DNA from: Thermodesulfobacteriota bacterium
Lineage (GTDB): Bacteria; Desulfobacterota; Desulfarculia; JACQYL01
Reading direction: 5' to 3'
Length of the DNA: 64,000 bases
NCBI GenBank assembly: GCA_963675595.2
Contig: CAXXLZ010000002.1
Coordinates: 3,584,001-3,648,000 of the forward strand
The position numbers and the translations under genes are program-made. The notes beneath the pieces were generated by a model that did not search any database, was not told where the DNA came from, and worked only from the letters and a program-made list of their open reading frames with translations. This document shows positions 20,952-31,198 of the stretch, one piece after another. Numbering within the stretch: the first letter of the stretch is position 1; every line of letters begins with the position of its first letter.

Positions 20952-21042
20952 GAGTCCTACCTCCGAAGAGTCCTTTCCTCTTTCGCGGCCAAATCGTTTT
21001 CTCCCGGGCGTGCGTGGGGTGATTCGTCTTCGACGCCTGCTT

Positions 21043-21819
21043 TCACTTATCTCCCCGTCCTCTTTTCAGGTTTCTGGCCTGCCGGCTGCGTTTCCGATCT
21101 TGCGCGGCGTCATTCTTGCGTCCGCCTTTTTCCTTCCCGCCTCGCCTGCTCTTGGAAGGAAAAATGGATTCGAGGTCCGGATGGAAAGAACCGGGCCCCG
21201 GCGATTCGGGTGCGGATTTCCGGGGCTTGGCCGCTTTGCTTCGAACCTCCTCCTCGGTCTTGTTGATGGGAGGGCCCATCAGGAATTCGGGAGGCAGGAA
21301 GGCTACGAGCACCAATTCCTTTCCGGATCCAAAGAAGCGTACTCCCTTGGCTTGAGCTTTCTCGGCGGACACCTCCAGCAATAAGGGGTCCTGTTCCCGC
21401 CTCTTCCCGAGACGTGAGGCCATGGCCTTGTCTCTGGCCAGGACGACCCAAGGGCCTGAAAACGGCTTCAGCCCGTTCTCCGCGACGTGAGGCCAGGCGC
21501 GACGGCGTATGCCGATGTGGAGAATTTTGGGCGGATGAATGACGTCGAGACGTCCGATTTCAGTGGAACGTTCCAGGGCGCGGATTCTATCCCCATCCGC
21601 CTCGAAATGCGCACCGCGATCGTGGAGGAGCATTTCCCGGAGATGGGACACTTTGACGAAGCGCCAATCTTCCTCCTCGGAAAGCGCCTGTCTCAGGTCC
21701 TTAAAGGCTACGAAACCTGATTCGTCGGGCAGCAGACCGAACTCACTCGGAGCTCTGCCCAACACGTATAGAATCATCCGCTCGATTTGTTCCTGCTTAT
21801 GCCGGGTCTTCTTGTCCAT
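21043..21819 (-). CDS. RNA 2'-phosphotransferase (KptA/Tpt1)-like protein with degenerate motifs
   Basis: P.EFGL.PD..GFV, RIRA, A.RLGKRR...P.LLEV.A, GV.F layout; basic C-terminal tail. Confidence 0.65.
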   Translation of the reverse strand: MDKKTRHKQEQIERMILYVLGRAPSEFGLLPDESGFVAFKDLRQALSEEEDWRFVKVSHLREMLLHDRGAHFEADGDRIRALERSTEIGRLDVIHPPKILHIGIRRRAWPHVAENGLKPFSGPWVVLARDKAMASRLGKRREQDPLLLEVSAEKAQAKGVRFFGSGKELVLVAFLPPEFLMGPPINKTEEEVRSKAAKPRKSAPESPGPGSFHPDLESIFPSKSRRGGKEKGGRKNDAAQDRKRSRQARNLKRGRGDK

Positions 21820-22487
21820 TTTGCTCAAAATAGATGATGGTGTTTCTTGCGCCCTTGTCCGAATACAAAAAGTGAAAAGTCGGACTCCATGAAGCGATTT
21901 CAGGGGCCTGCGTCAAATCTCTACATACAGAATATCCCACGATGTGTCGATGCCGCAATAACGTAACATAATGGGAAGAGGTCGCGTCGGTATGTAACGA
22001 CGACGGGCCGAGGGGTGGATTTTGTGTTTGAATTTCTTTCGGGGAGCCTTTCTACAAGGGCAGGTTCCATGCCGATATGGTTGCCTCATCGAAAATAATG
22101 CCTGCGGAAGGTGAAGCGTTGACGTAAACTTATTGCTTGATATGAGTGTAGACGTCAAAAACGGATGGGACCGAAGTTTTCTATTGAAATCCCAGATGGG
22201 GATGGGTATAAAACTTGATCCAAAGAGTTGCTTTTCCTCGTATGCCATGTTTCATGGATTCTTGCACGCGTGACGCCGTGTGCCGATTTTTTGTGATATG
22301 TCTACTCCTCGTTGATTCTCGGGTTTCAGGACAAGCGGGTGGTAGTATGTCTCAAGCCCCCCCTTTGAAATCCAAGAAATAGTTTCTTTTTCACCAGAGG
22401 AATAAGCGACTTCATGTCTCGTTTGCCGATGCTTTTATAAAATACCGATCGGGTTCAGACGTTAATTTAGAGACGGATAGGGGAATC

Positions 22488-24032
22488 ATGATCGAAGCCG
22501 ATGTAGCTTCCAAGTCCGGAAAAAGGATTTTGGTCGTCCTGGGTATCGCCGCATATACACTACTGGCCTTTTTCTTCTTCAGCACTTCCTGGGATTTCGC
22601 CGACGCCAAAAGTGACACATCCCGTGAAGCAACATCCGCAACAACCGGAGTATCCCAATCCAAGAGCGCGAGTGAAAGCTTGGGTGAAGTGCGTGCATCC
22701 TCGTCACAGGCTTCGAAATCGACCTCTCGCTCACCCGGTATTATGAGTTTTTGGCAAAACCTTACATCATCCGCCGGCAGCGCAGGCCTTTCTCCGACTT
22801 TGCTGTACACTTCCGCTCCTCCCGCCTCGCCGGTTGAAGAGCGACTTACAACATCCGACCCACTAGTTGATTCGTCGGGGGCGGACTCGATGAACGTCGT
22901 GGAAGAAACCCTCACGTTCAAGCGAGGGGATTCCTTCTTTGAAAATGCGGTCCGCCTCGGTCTGGACCGTACCGAGGTCGCGGATATCGTCAACAAAGCG
23001 CGAGCGAAGTTGGACCCCAGACGTATCGCCATCGGGGACCTGCTCACTTTAAGACGAATGGAGGGGAACTCGTGCTGGTTCCAATTGGTCTATGAGAAGA
23101 AGAACGAATATCGAGTGGTTGTTGAACCGGAAGGCGACGGATGCCTGGTCGAGAAAGAGCCCATCGCACTAACCCCAAAATTGAACGTGGTCGAAGGGAC
23201 CATCGAGAGCTCTCTTTATGAGAGCGCGCTCGAAGCGGGGCTTTCTCCATTCCTGATTCAGGAGCTGGCGGACATCTACAGCTGGGACATCGATTTTCTT
23301 GTGGACATCCGCCGCGGGGACCGGTTTCGAGTCGTATACGAAACCTGGTATAGGGACGGCGAGAGAGTCAAAGACGGAGCCATTCTGGCTTGTCGGTTCA
23401 TTAACGATGGTCAAACCGTCGATGCGTTCCGATATCGCGACGAACAGGGAAGGGAAGGATATTACGATCGTCAAGGCAGGAATCTGCAAAAACGTTTCCT
23501 CAAGTCCCCTTTACAATACCGCAGAATCAGTTCCTACTTCTCCAATAGGCGGTTTCATCCCATACTGAAAATCTATCGCCCCCATCATGGTGTTGATTAT
23601 GCCGCACCGACCGGGACACCGGTACAGTCCATCGGCGACGGAAAGGTAACTTTTGCCGGCTGGAAAAGAGGATATGGGAGATTCATCAAGATCCGGCATC
23701 CCAACGGCATGATTTCCTGCTATGGTCACCTCTCCAGCTTTGCCAAGGGACTTCGCTCGGGGAAGCGCGTCCAACAGGGTGAGTTCATCGGGCGCGTGGG
23801 GATGACGGGATTGGCCACGGGCCCCCACCTCGACTTCCGCATGTCCGTGAACGGCAGGTTCGTGGATCCGCTGAAGCTTCTTCGCAAATCACCGCCTTTG
23901 AAGTCCCTGGACTCCTCACTGAGGCAAGCGTTCAACGAAACGGCGGAGGAATATTCCCCCTATTTGGAGGAGGGCGGGAGCTTTTTGGCACAGGCGCCCA
24001 CCTCGAGTCGAGGGCCCAGATTCATGCCTTGA
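22488..24032 (+). CDS. M23 family peptidoglycan endopeptidase (MepM/Csd3-like)
   Basis: N-terminal TM helix; RFHPI...HHGVDYAAP.GTP, YGHLS, TGPHLDF. Confidence 0.92.
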   Translation: MIEADVASKSGKRILVVLGIAAYTLLAFFFFSTSWDFADAKSDTSREATSATTGVSQSKSASESLGEVRASSSQASKSTSRSPGIMSFWQNLTSSAGSAGLSPTLLYTSAPPASPVEERLTTSDPLVDSSGADSMNVVEETLTFKRGDSFFENAVRLGLDRTEVADIVNKARAKLDPRRIAIGDLLTLRRMEGNSCWFQLVYEKKNEYRVVVEPEGDGCLVEKEPIALTPKLNVVEGTIESSLYESALEAGLSPFLIQELADIYSWDIDFLVDIRRGDRFRVVYETWYRDGERVKDGAILACRFINDGQTVDAFRYRDEQGREGYYDRQGRNLQKRFLKSPLQYRRISSYFSNRRFHPILKIYRPHHGVDYAAPTGTPVQSIGDGKVTFAGWKRGYGRFIKIRHPNGMISCYGHLSSFAKGLRSGKRVQQGEFIGRVGMTGLATGPHLDFRMSVNGRFVDPLKLLRKSPPLKSLDSSLRQAFNETAEEYSPYLEEGGSFLAQAPTSSRGPRFMP

Positions 24033-24113
24033 GGGAACCCCCGCTTATTTCGATGCCTCGGGATTTTTCCCGAGGATATCGGGCACGGCCGGAATCCCCA
24101 CAAAATCCGGTAT

Positions 24114-25118
24114 TCAGTAAATATCGGACTCCGCCACGCCGCGACTCAGTGTGTTGAACCATTCCGCCCCGATCCATTGACGCCAGTTCTCATACAAGGG
24201 GGCCATTCGAGTCTTGAAGGCCTTCAAGTCCTCTTGATCCATCCATAGGACGGATAGTCCCCGGGACTGGGCTCCGGCCAGAGCATACACTTCCTGCTGC
24301 ACTTGGTAGCCTCGGTTCACATCCTCGAAATCTTCCGCGGCCTTAAGGAGAATCGCTTTGAATTTTGGAGCGAGTTCGCTCCAGACACGGCCGTTGATGA
24401 CCAGGATTCCCAGGTCGATGCCCCTGAAGGGAACCGTGATGAATCGGTTCACGGTTTTCAGTTCGGGCGAAAGCACCTGATCAAGGGAAATCTGGACCGC
24501 GGTGACTTCCCTGCTTTTCAAGGCTTGGGCGAGCCGTTCCTTTCCAAGGGCCGAAGGGATCGCTTCGAGGGCGGTCATTGTGTCATAGAATAGGGGGTCC
24601 TCGGGGCCGTTGACCCTGAGTCCCCGGAAGTCTTGCGGACGTTCCAACGGCTTTTCGCCGTTGACGATCGCCGGCACCCCGTAGTAGACCCAAGCCAAAG
24701 CGGCCAGACCTTTGGGGTCGAACAAATCGAAAAGGGCTTTGCGGAATTCTCCATCGAGTATGCGGAACGTCCTGCGCCGATCGGTGAAAAAGAAAGGCAT
24801 ACCCGGAAGACTCGATTGGGGTACGATTTGGAGCGTGTAACGAAGCGGCAAGGCCGCCATTTCAAGATTGCCTGCGAGAACCTGTTCAAGTAGGGATCGG
24901 TCCTCGCCCATCCGGCCTTCAGGAATGACTTCCACTCCGATGGTTTTGCTGGTTGCCGTTTCCACACGGTGTTTAAAGGCCAGGGCTCCGATGTTTACGG
25001 AGTGAGCCAGCGGCCTGCTGTGAGCAAGTCTGAGTTCGATGGTTGAGGCGAGGCAAAGACTGCTCGAGCCGGCGAACGATAGAACAACCAGGAGAATAAC
25101 CGGGAAGAACGGAAACAT
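24114..25118 (-). CDS. dctP: TRAP transporter solute-binding protein (DctP family), orphan
   Basis: Signal peptide then LRLAH, G.MG.DR..LEQV..G.LEM, PFFF, P.DFRGL; start uncertain (longest ORF to 25337). Confidence 0.78.
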   Translation of the reverse strand: MFPFFPVILLVVLSFAGSSSLCLASTIELRLAHSRPLAHSVNIGALAFKHRVETATSKTIGVEVIPEGRMGEDRSLLEQVLAGNLEMAALPLRYTLQIVPQSSLPGMPFFFTDRRRTFRILDGEFRKALFDLFDPKGLAALAWVYYGVPAIVNGEKPLERPQDFRGLRVNGPEDPLFYDTMTALEAIPSALGKERLAQALKSREVTAVQISLDQVLSPELKTVNRFITVPFRGIDLGILVINGRVWSELAPKFKAILLKAAEDFEDVNRGYQVQQEVYALAGAQSRGLSVLWMDQEDLKAFKTRMAPLYENWRQWIGAEWFNTLSRGVAESDIY

Positions 25119-25636
25119 GGTCCCGGCGGGAGATTTCGGCTTAGCTCCCGACTTTCCGCCGTGCCGCGGCCCGTTGAGAACCGAAAGCGCAAGACCCGGA
25201 AGACCGCTTTTTCGAAACCGTGCTTTCTTCCGGAAACCCTCAGCAGGCTTATGCCCGAACAGATCGTGAGACGCGATTGCGTTTGTTTTGTGTGGCGCGA
25301 GAGTTGTCGGCCGGCACACATTCACGGGACGCTCCATTGGAAAATTCCTTCACGGTCATCCCGGCGACGGCTTTCCGGGAGAATTGCCGGGAGGCGTACC
25401 CCCCGATAGAAGCCCATATCCAGCGGTTTCTCCCATAGTCTGCCGTCGGAGAACGCAGGGGGACACTTCCATCTCTCACCTCGGACCGGGACCGAGAGGT
25501 CGGGCACCGAAAGTGAGTGTCCATTTCCGGGCGGCCTTCAACGGGGTCGGGAACCTGCCGCGTAATGCGCCGCCGACGGAAATTTGCATCAGCATCCGGA
25601 ATGCATTCGAATTTGTCAAGAGACTAAGCGGAGACC

Positions 25637-28072
25637 ATGAGCACCGGACATTGGATCATGCAGGCCCACGTAGCGCTGCCGACGGCCGTGGATGAAGCCT
25701 ACACGTACGAGATTCCTTCTGAATGGGGGAATATTCCGGAACCCGGTCGCAGGGTGTTGGTTCCGTTCGGGTCCAGAACCATGGCCGGATATGTCCTGGA
25801 AGTGGAGCATGCCGCGCCTGAGAGACGTCTTAAGCCGATATTGGAGGTGCTAGACGAGACTCCGCTCTTTCCGGAGGAGATGATTCCCTTCTTTCGTTGG
25901 ATCGCCGCGTACTATCTGCATCCCATTGGTTTGGTGATTCAGACGGCGCTGCCCGCCGGCCTGTCGGTGGAGAGTCACAGGGTGGTCGTCATCACGGACT
26001 TGGGCACGACCGCTCTTCGAGAAGGAAGCGCGAGCCGTGAGGAATCCGAAATCTTGGCCGCCCTGGCGCATGGCCGACCCACGAGGCTTTCTCTGTTGAA
26101 AAACAAGCTTCCCGGGGCTTCGACGGAAGCCGTTCTTCGACGGATGGCCGGAATGGAATGGGTTCGGCTCGAAAACCATTTGAAGACCGACACGGTTCGG
26201 CCTCTGAAGGTGAAGACCTACAAGGCGATGTGTCTTAGTGCCCGGGCCACGCCCAAACAGAAGGCGGTCCTGGAATATCTGTGGGAGCGAGGAGAGACTT
26301 CCAGGCCGCGGATTCTTGAGAGCCTGCCCGGGTGCGATTCCACTCTTCGCAGTCTGGAGAAGCGAGGATGGGTGCGTGCGGGAGCTCGGAAGGTCTACCG
26401 GAATCCTTTTGGTGAGGAGTACTCGATTTCCGGTTCCCCCCCGCTTCTCACCCCCGAACAGGCGCAAGCGGCCCGTGTGCTGGCGGGTGCGATCCAACGG
26501 AAGAAGTACGAAGCATTCATGCTGTTCGGCATCACCGGTAGCGGAAAGACGGAGGTCTATCTTGAAGCCGTGAAAAGCGTCCTCGGTGAAGGCCGTTCGG
26601 CGCTGATCCTTTGTCCGGAAATCAGCTTGGCGGCCCAAATGGAGGGAGCCTTCCGTTCCCGGTTCGGAGATTCGTTGGCCGTGCTCCATAGCGGTCTGAA
26701 CCCGGGACAACGCTACGATCAATGGATGAGGGTGATACACGGCAAAGCGAAAGTGGTTCTGGGGGCTCGTTCCGCGATCTTCGCCCCGTTGGAGGATCCG
26801 GGCCTGGTGATCGTGGACGAGGAACATGAACAGGCCTACAAGCAGGAAGACGGGCTGCATTACAACGCCAGAGATCTTGCGGTGGTTCGGGCTCGCATGT
26901 CGAACGCCGTGGTGGTGTTGGGCAGTGCCACACCGTCGTTCCAGACATACCACAACTCCGTTCGGGGAAAGCATTCGGCTATTTTCCTGACCGAGCGGGT
27001 GGGCGGCGGAGTTCTGCCTGAGATTCAAGTGGTGGACATGGCCCGGGAGAAACCGGGAACGCGATTCTCGAGCGTGCTGTTGAAACAGCTTGCCGAAAAC
27101 CTGGATAAGGGAGAACAGGCCATCCTGTTCGTCAATCGAAGGGGATACGCATCGCTCCTTTTTTGCATCAAATGCAGGACCACGGTGGAGTGTCCGCATT
27201 GTCACGTCTCCTTGACGCTCCATGCTCCCCGATCGGGACACGGGGAATTCCTTCTTTGCCACTATTGCGGCTTCAAGTCATCCGTTCCCAAAACATGCTC
27301 GGTTTGCGGGTCCAAGCATTTGGTGACCATGGGTGCGGGCACCGAACGTATGGAGGAAGCGTTGTCGGAGCTGTTCCCTTCCGCCAGGATCGGTCGAGTG
27401 GACAGGGATTCCGTGCCCACAAGGTCGAAATTATTTCGTGCGCTGCGGGACTTCCATGACGGCGAGTTGGACATTCTCATCGGGACCCAGATGATCGCCA
27501 AAGGTCTTGATTTCCCCGGCGTGACCTTGGTGGGTGTGCCGGGAGCCGACCAGTCCCTCCATTTCCCGGATTATGCGGCCACGGAAAGGACGTTCCAGAT
27601 TCTCAGCCAAGTGGCCGGTCGCTCCGGCAGGCGGAACAAGCCGGGCAAAGTGATCATCCAATCCTATCTGCCCGACCATTACTGCATTCGTCACGCCAAG
27701 GAGCACCGATTTCACGGCTTCTATCTGGAAGAGATCACTCAGCGGGCCGAACTCGACTATCCTCCGTTTTGCAGGTTGGCTCTGGTGCGTGTATCTTCAA
27801 CGGATCCGATCGTGGTACGAGAGGCCGCCGGCGCGGTGGGGGATATCTTGAAGCATGCCTCACGCGGGTCCCGAGGCGTGAAGGTACTGGGGCCGGCTCC
27901 GGCCCCCATCGGCAAGATCCGGAATCGATACCGTTGGCATCTCCTTATCAAGGCGGCCGACGCGGGTATGCTGCATGCATGCCTCGATGAGTGCATGGTC
28001 CGATGCAGGCAAGCCGTGCGAAAAATCAAAGCCGACCTTGTTCTTGATGTGGACCCGTCTTCGATGCTTTGA
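25637..28072 (+). CDS. priA: Primosomal protein N'
   Basis: GITGSGKTEVY, DEEH, LGSATPS, four CxxC, GTQMIAKG, QVAGRSGR. Confidence 0.97.
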   Translation: MSTGHWIMQAHVALPTAVDEAYTYEIPSEWGNIPEPGRRVLVPFGSRTMAGYVLEVEHAAPERRLKPILEVLDETPLFPEEMIPFFRWIAAYYLHPIGLVIQTALPAGLSVESHRVVVITDLGTTALREGSASREESEILAALAHGRPTRLSLLKNKLPGASTEAVLRRMAGMEWVRLENHLKTDTVRPLKVKTYKAMCLSARATPKQKAVLEYLWERGETSRPRILESLPGCDSTLRSLEKRGWVRAGARKVYRNPFGEEYSISGSPPLLTPEQAQAARVLAGAIQRKKYEAFMLFGITGSGKTEVYLEAVKSVLGEGRSALILCPEISLAAQMEGAFRSRFGDSLAVLHSGLNPGQRYDQWMRVIHGKAKVVLGARSAIFAPLEDPGLVIVDEEHEQAYKQEDGLHYNARDLAVVRARMSNAVVVLGSATPSFQTYHNSVRGKHSAIFLTERVGGGVLPEIQVVDMAREKPGTRFSSVLLKQLAENLDKGEQAILFVNRRGYASLLFCIKCRTTVECPHCHVSLTLHAPRSGHGEFLLCHYCGFKSSVPKTCSVCGSKHLVTMGAGTERMEEALSELFPSARIGRVDRDSVPTRSKLFRALRDFHDGELDILIGTQMIAKGLDFPGVTLVGVPGADQSLHFPDYAATERTFQILSQVAGRSGRRNKPGKVIIQSYLPDHYCIRHAKEHRFHGFYLEEITQRAELDYPPFCRLALVRVSSTDPIVVREAAGAVGDILKHASRGSRGVKVLGPAPAPIGKIRNRYRWHLLIKAADAGMLHACLDECMVRCRQAVRKIKADLVLDVDPSSML

Positions 28073-28352
28073 TCCGGCCGGATGGTCCGGCGGGCGCGGC
28101 CCGGCATGTGAACGGCCGTTGAATCCTCCGAACCTTTCGGCTGGTCATTTTTCAAACATGTTTTTCGGTTCGGACGGCGCATTTCGCCGGATGTGTCTTG
28201 TAGTCGGGCTTGCCCTGCACTAACTTAAAAGGTGGAAGTCCGACGTCTCTCCGGAAACGGGCGAGGACCGGGCGAATTACGACACGAAGAAGGTCGGAAT
28301 CTCAAGATGATTACTGAAATGGAACCGAGCAGGTTGCGATAGGTGGTATATC

Positions 28353-28865
28353 ATGGCGATCAGGGAAATTGTCAAATACCCCGATGAACGTCTGGCGACG
28401 GAATGTAGTCCGGTGCAAAAGCTGGACGAGCGGATCCAGACGCTCATCGACGACATGGCGGATACCATGTACGATGCTCCGGGGATCGGCTTGGCCGCTC
28501 CCCAGGTGGGTGAGGACTGCAGGGTTATCGTGGTTGACACCAGCCGACGGAGCGAGCCGGACGCGTTCATGGCGTTGATTAATCCGGAAATTGTCGAGCA
28601 TGAAGGGGAACTGGTGTCCGAGGAAGGCTGTCTGAGCGTGAGGGAGTATAACGCGGACGTTAAACGAAGCTCAAAAGTCCGGGTTCGGGCTCTGGATCGG
28701 GAAGGGCGCGAAGTGGACATCGTGGCGGAAGACCTTCAGGCCATCGTTCTTCAACACGAGATCGACCATCTCGACGGCATACTCTTTATCGATCGAATCA
28801 GCAGGCTTAAGAGAGCCTTATACGACAAGCGGCTGAAAAAGAACCTCGAAAAAGATGAAGACTAA
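28353..28865 (+). CDS. def: Peptide deformylase
   Basis: GIGLAAPQVG, EGCLS, QHEIDHLDG. Confidence 0.98.
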   Translation: MAIREIVKYPDERLATECSPVQKLDERIQTLIDDMADTMYDAPGIGLAAPQVGEDCRVIVVDTSRRSEPDAFMALINPEIVEHEGELVSEEGCLSVREYNADVKRSSKVRVRALDREGREVDIVAEDLQAIVLQHEIDHLDGILFIDRISRLKRALYDKRLKKNLEKDED

Positions 28866-28877
28866 GGGGGACAAGGT

Positions 28878-29813
28878 TTGCGCATAGGGTTCATGGGGAC
28901 TCCCGAGTTCGCGGCGGTTCACCTGGAGGCCCTGATACGGGCCGGACGGGAGGTGATTTTCGCCGTCACGCAGCCCGATCGTCCCAAGGGTCGAGGAAAG
29001 AAAGAACAGCCCTCCCCGGTCAAGGTACTGGCGGAAAGTCGAGGGATCGAGGTGCTTCAGCCGGAAGGCATCTGCCAAGGGGAGACGGAAGGAGTGTTCC
29101 GGTCAAAGGCACCGGACGTGATCGTCGTCGTAGCTTACGGACTGTTGCTCCCTCGATGGCTGCTTCATTTGCCTCCCTTGGGGTGCGTCAATGTGCATGC
29201 TTCCCTGTTGCCCCGCTACCGAGGGGCCGCACCCATCAACCGGGCTCTGATCAACGGCGAATCGGAAACGGGCGTAACCACCATGCTCATGGATGCGGGA
29301 CTCGACTCGGGGGATATTCTGTTGCAGTCCGTGATCCCCATCGGGGCCGATGACACCGCGGGAACACTGCACGACAAGTTGGCGTCCGAGGGTGCCTCTT
29401 TGTTGCTGGAAACCTTGTCCGGGATGGATAGAAGGGAGCTTCGTCCCGAACCTCAGAACCACGCGGAAGCTTCCTACGCTCCCAAGCTGGCCAAAAGCGA
29501 AGGCCTGATTTCCTGGAACCAAAAGGCGAATCGCATCTCGTTTCGGATCCGGGGATTGGATCCTCGGCCGGCGGCGTACACTTTTGTTCAGGGGAAGAGG
29601 CTCGGGCTATTCGGGGCTTCCTACCGCACCGCTCCAATGGACCGCCCCGCCGGCTCCGTGCTGGGAGTTACGGAGCATGGACTCGAAGTGGCCGCTTCGG
29701 ACGGCGTCGTTGCCGTGCTTGAGCTTCAGCTTGAAGGAAAGAAGCGCCTTAGGGCCGCCGATTTCATCAGAGGGTTCCCTTTGGATTCCTCCATTATCCT
29801 CGGTGAATCGTGA
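28878..29813 (+). CDS. fmt: Methionyl-tRNA formyltransferase
   Basis: FMGTPEFA, TQPDRP.GRG, NVHASLLPRYRGAAPI. Confidence 0.97.
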   Translation: MRIGFMGTPEFAAVHLEALIRAGREVIFAVTQPDRPKGRGKKEQPSPVKVLAESRGIEVLQPEGICQGETEGVFRSKAPDVIVVVAYGLLLPRWLLHLPPLGCVNVHASLLPRYRGAAPINRALINGESETGVTTMLMDAGLDSGDILLQSVIPIGADDTAGTLHDKLASEGASLLLETLSGMDRRELRPEPQNHAEASYAPKLAKSEGLISWNQKANRISFRIRGLDPRPAAYTFVQGKRLGLFGASYRTAPMDRPAGSVLGVTEHGLEVAASDGVVAVLELQLEGKKRLRAADFIRGFPLDSSIILGES

Positions 29814-31168
29814 GCTGGGCGCGGGGAGTCGCTTGGCGCATTCTCATGGAGGTGGAGAAGACCGGGCAAAATCCCCGCACGCTTCTCGATGCGCGTATTT
29901 CAGGAGCAAAGGACAGGCCCGTTAGGGAGCACGCCCTGGCGGCCCATCTGGTGTTTTCCGTTCTTCGATGGCGGCTTAAACTCGATTGGATGTTGAATCG
30001 GTTGAGCCGAACTCCCTTGAAACGATGTTCTCTCCCGGTGCGCACCGCCCTGCGATTGGGCGCCGCTCAGCTTGTTCTTCTGGATCGCATTCCCGATTAC
30101 GCCGCGGTGAACGATACGGTGGGGCTGCTGAAACACTCCCAACCCCCCTGGGTTACCGGATTCGTGAACGGCGTGCTGCGGAACTTGGCCGCGCAGGGAG
30201 CATCGGTGTTGAATGCCCTGGATGAGGAGCCAACCGAGGTTCGGCTCTCGGTGACTTTTTCTCACCCGAGATGGCTGGTGCGTCGTTGGGTGTCTCGCCT
30301 GGGGGAGCAAACCGCAATTGAACTCATGAAGGCGAACAACGAGGAGGCTCCCCGGACGATTCGGGTAAACCGTCTTCGAGGATCCAAGGGGCAAGTGCGT
30401 GACGCTCTGGAAGCTTTAGGAGCCCGGGTCGTTGACACGCCTTTTTCTCCGGATGGGTTGTTCGTCCGGGATTTGACCGGTCCGTTGGAGAGGACCGCCT
30501 TATGGAAAGAGGGATGCTTCGAGATTCAGGATGAGGGAGCCCAATTGGCGACTCATCTCGCGTCTCCCGGGGGAAGGAGACGCGTGTTGGACCTATGCGC
30601 GGGAAGAGGAGGGAAGACCGGCTACCTGGCGCAGCTTTCGTCGGGACTTGGAGAAATCCTGGCGGTGGATCAAAGCCTGGAACGTCTGCGGCTTCTCATG
30701 GACAACATGAACCGGCAGAGAGTCGGAAATGTGACCGTCGTTCGGGCGGATGCCCTGTCCCTCGCCCCGGAGGAACTGGGAGGGACATTCGATGTGGTTT
30801 TCCTGGATGCTCCCTGCTCCGGATTGGGTGCTCTCAGACGTCAACCCGACTTGCGCTGGAACAAGTCCGAAAGCTCCGTAGCACGATCCGCCGAACGGCA
30901 GAGGAACCTGCTTCGAGCCGCCTCGAACATGGTGAGCCCGGGTGGAGTGCTGGTTTATTGCACGTGCAGTACCGAACCGGAGGAGAACGAAGACAACGTC
31001 TCCTGGTTTCTAAAAACCAGGGCCGGTTTCCGTCTCGATCCAGTTGCCGCATTCCTACCTTCAGAAAATCCCTCTATGGCTGACAAAGACGGCTTTTTCC
31101 GGGCGTTTCCTCACCTCCACAACACGGACGGATTTTTCGGCGCCCGTTTTGTCAGGGCCGATGCCTGA
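29810..31168 (+). CDS. rsmB: 16S rRNA m5C967 methyltransferase
   Basis: NusB-like N-domain (FVNGVLR), QDEG, DLCAG.GGKT, DAPCSG.G, YCTCS...EEN. Confidence 0.94.
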   Translation: MSWARGVAWRILMEVEKTGQNPRTLLDARISGAKDRPVREHALAAHLVFSVLRWRLKLDWMLNRLSRTPLKRCSLPVRTALRLGAAQLVLLDRIPDYAAVNDTVGLLKHSQPPWVTGFVNGVLRNLAAQGASVLNALDEEPTEVRLSVTFSHPRWLVRRWVSRLGEQTAIELMKANNEEAPRTIRVNRLRGSKGQVRDALEALGARVVDTPFSPDGLFVRDLTGPLERTALWKEGCFEIQDEGAQLATHLASPGGRRRVLDLCAGRGGKTGYLAQLSSGLGEILAVDQSLERLRLLMDNMNRQRVGNVTVVRADALSLAPEELGGTFDVVFLDAPCSGLGALRRQPDLRWNKSESSVARSAERQRNLLRAASNMVSPGGVLVYCTCSTEPEENEDNVSWFLKTRAGFRLDPVAAFLPSENPSMADKDGFFRAFPHLHNTDGFFGARFVRADA

Positions 31169-31198
31169 GCATCAAGGACTCCGCCCAAGCGATTCCCG

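Noticed and set aside
25850-27262. 470-aa antisense ORF, and similar ones at 9318-10604, 13452-14474 and 16203-17600
   Set aside because: They overlap well-supported genes (priA, glyA, ribBA, leuS) on the opposite strand and have no recognisable motifs.
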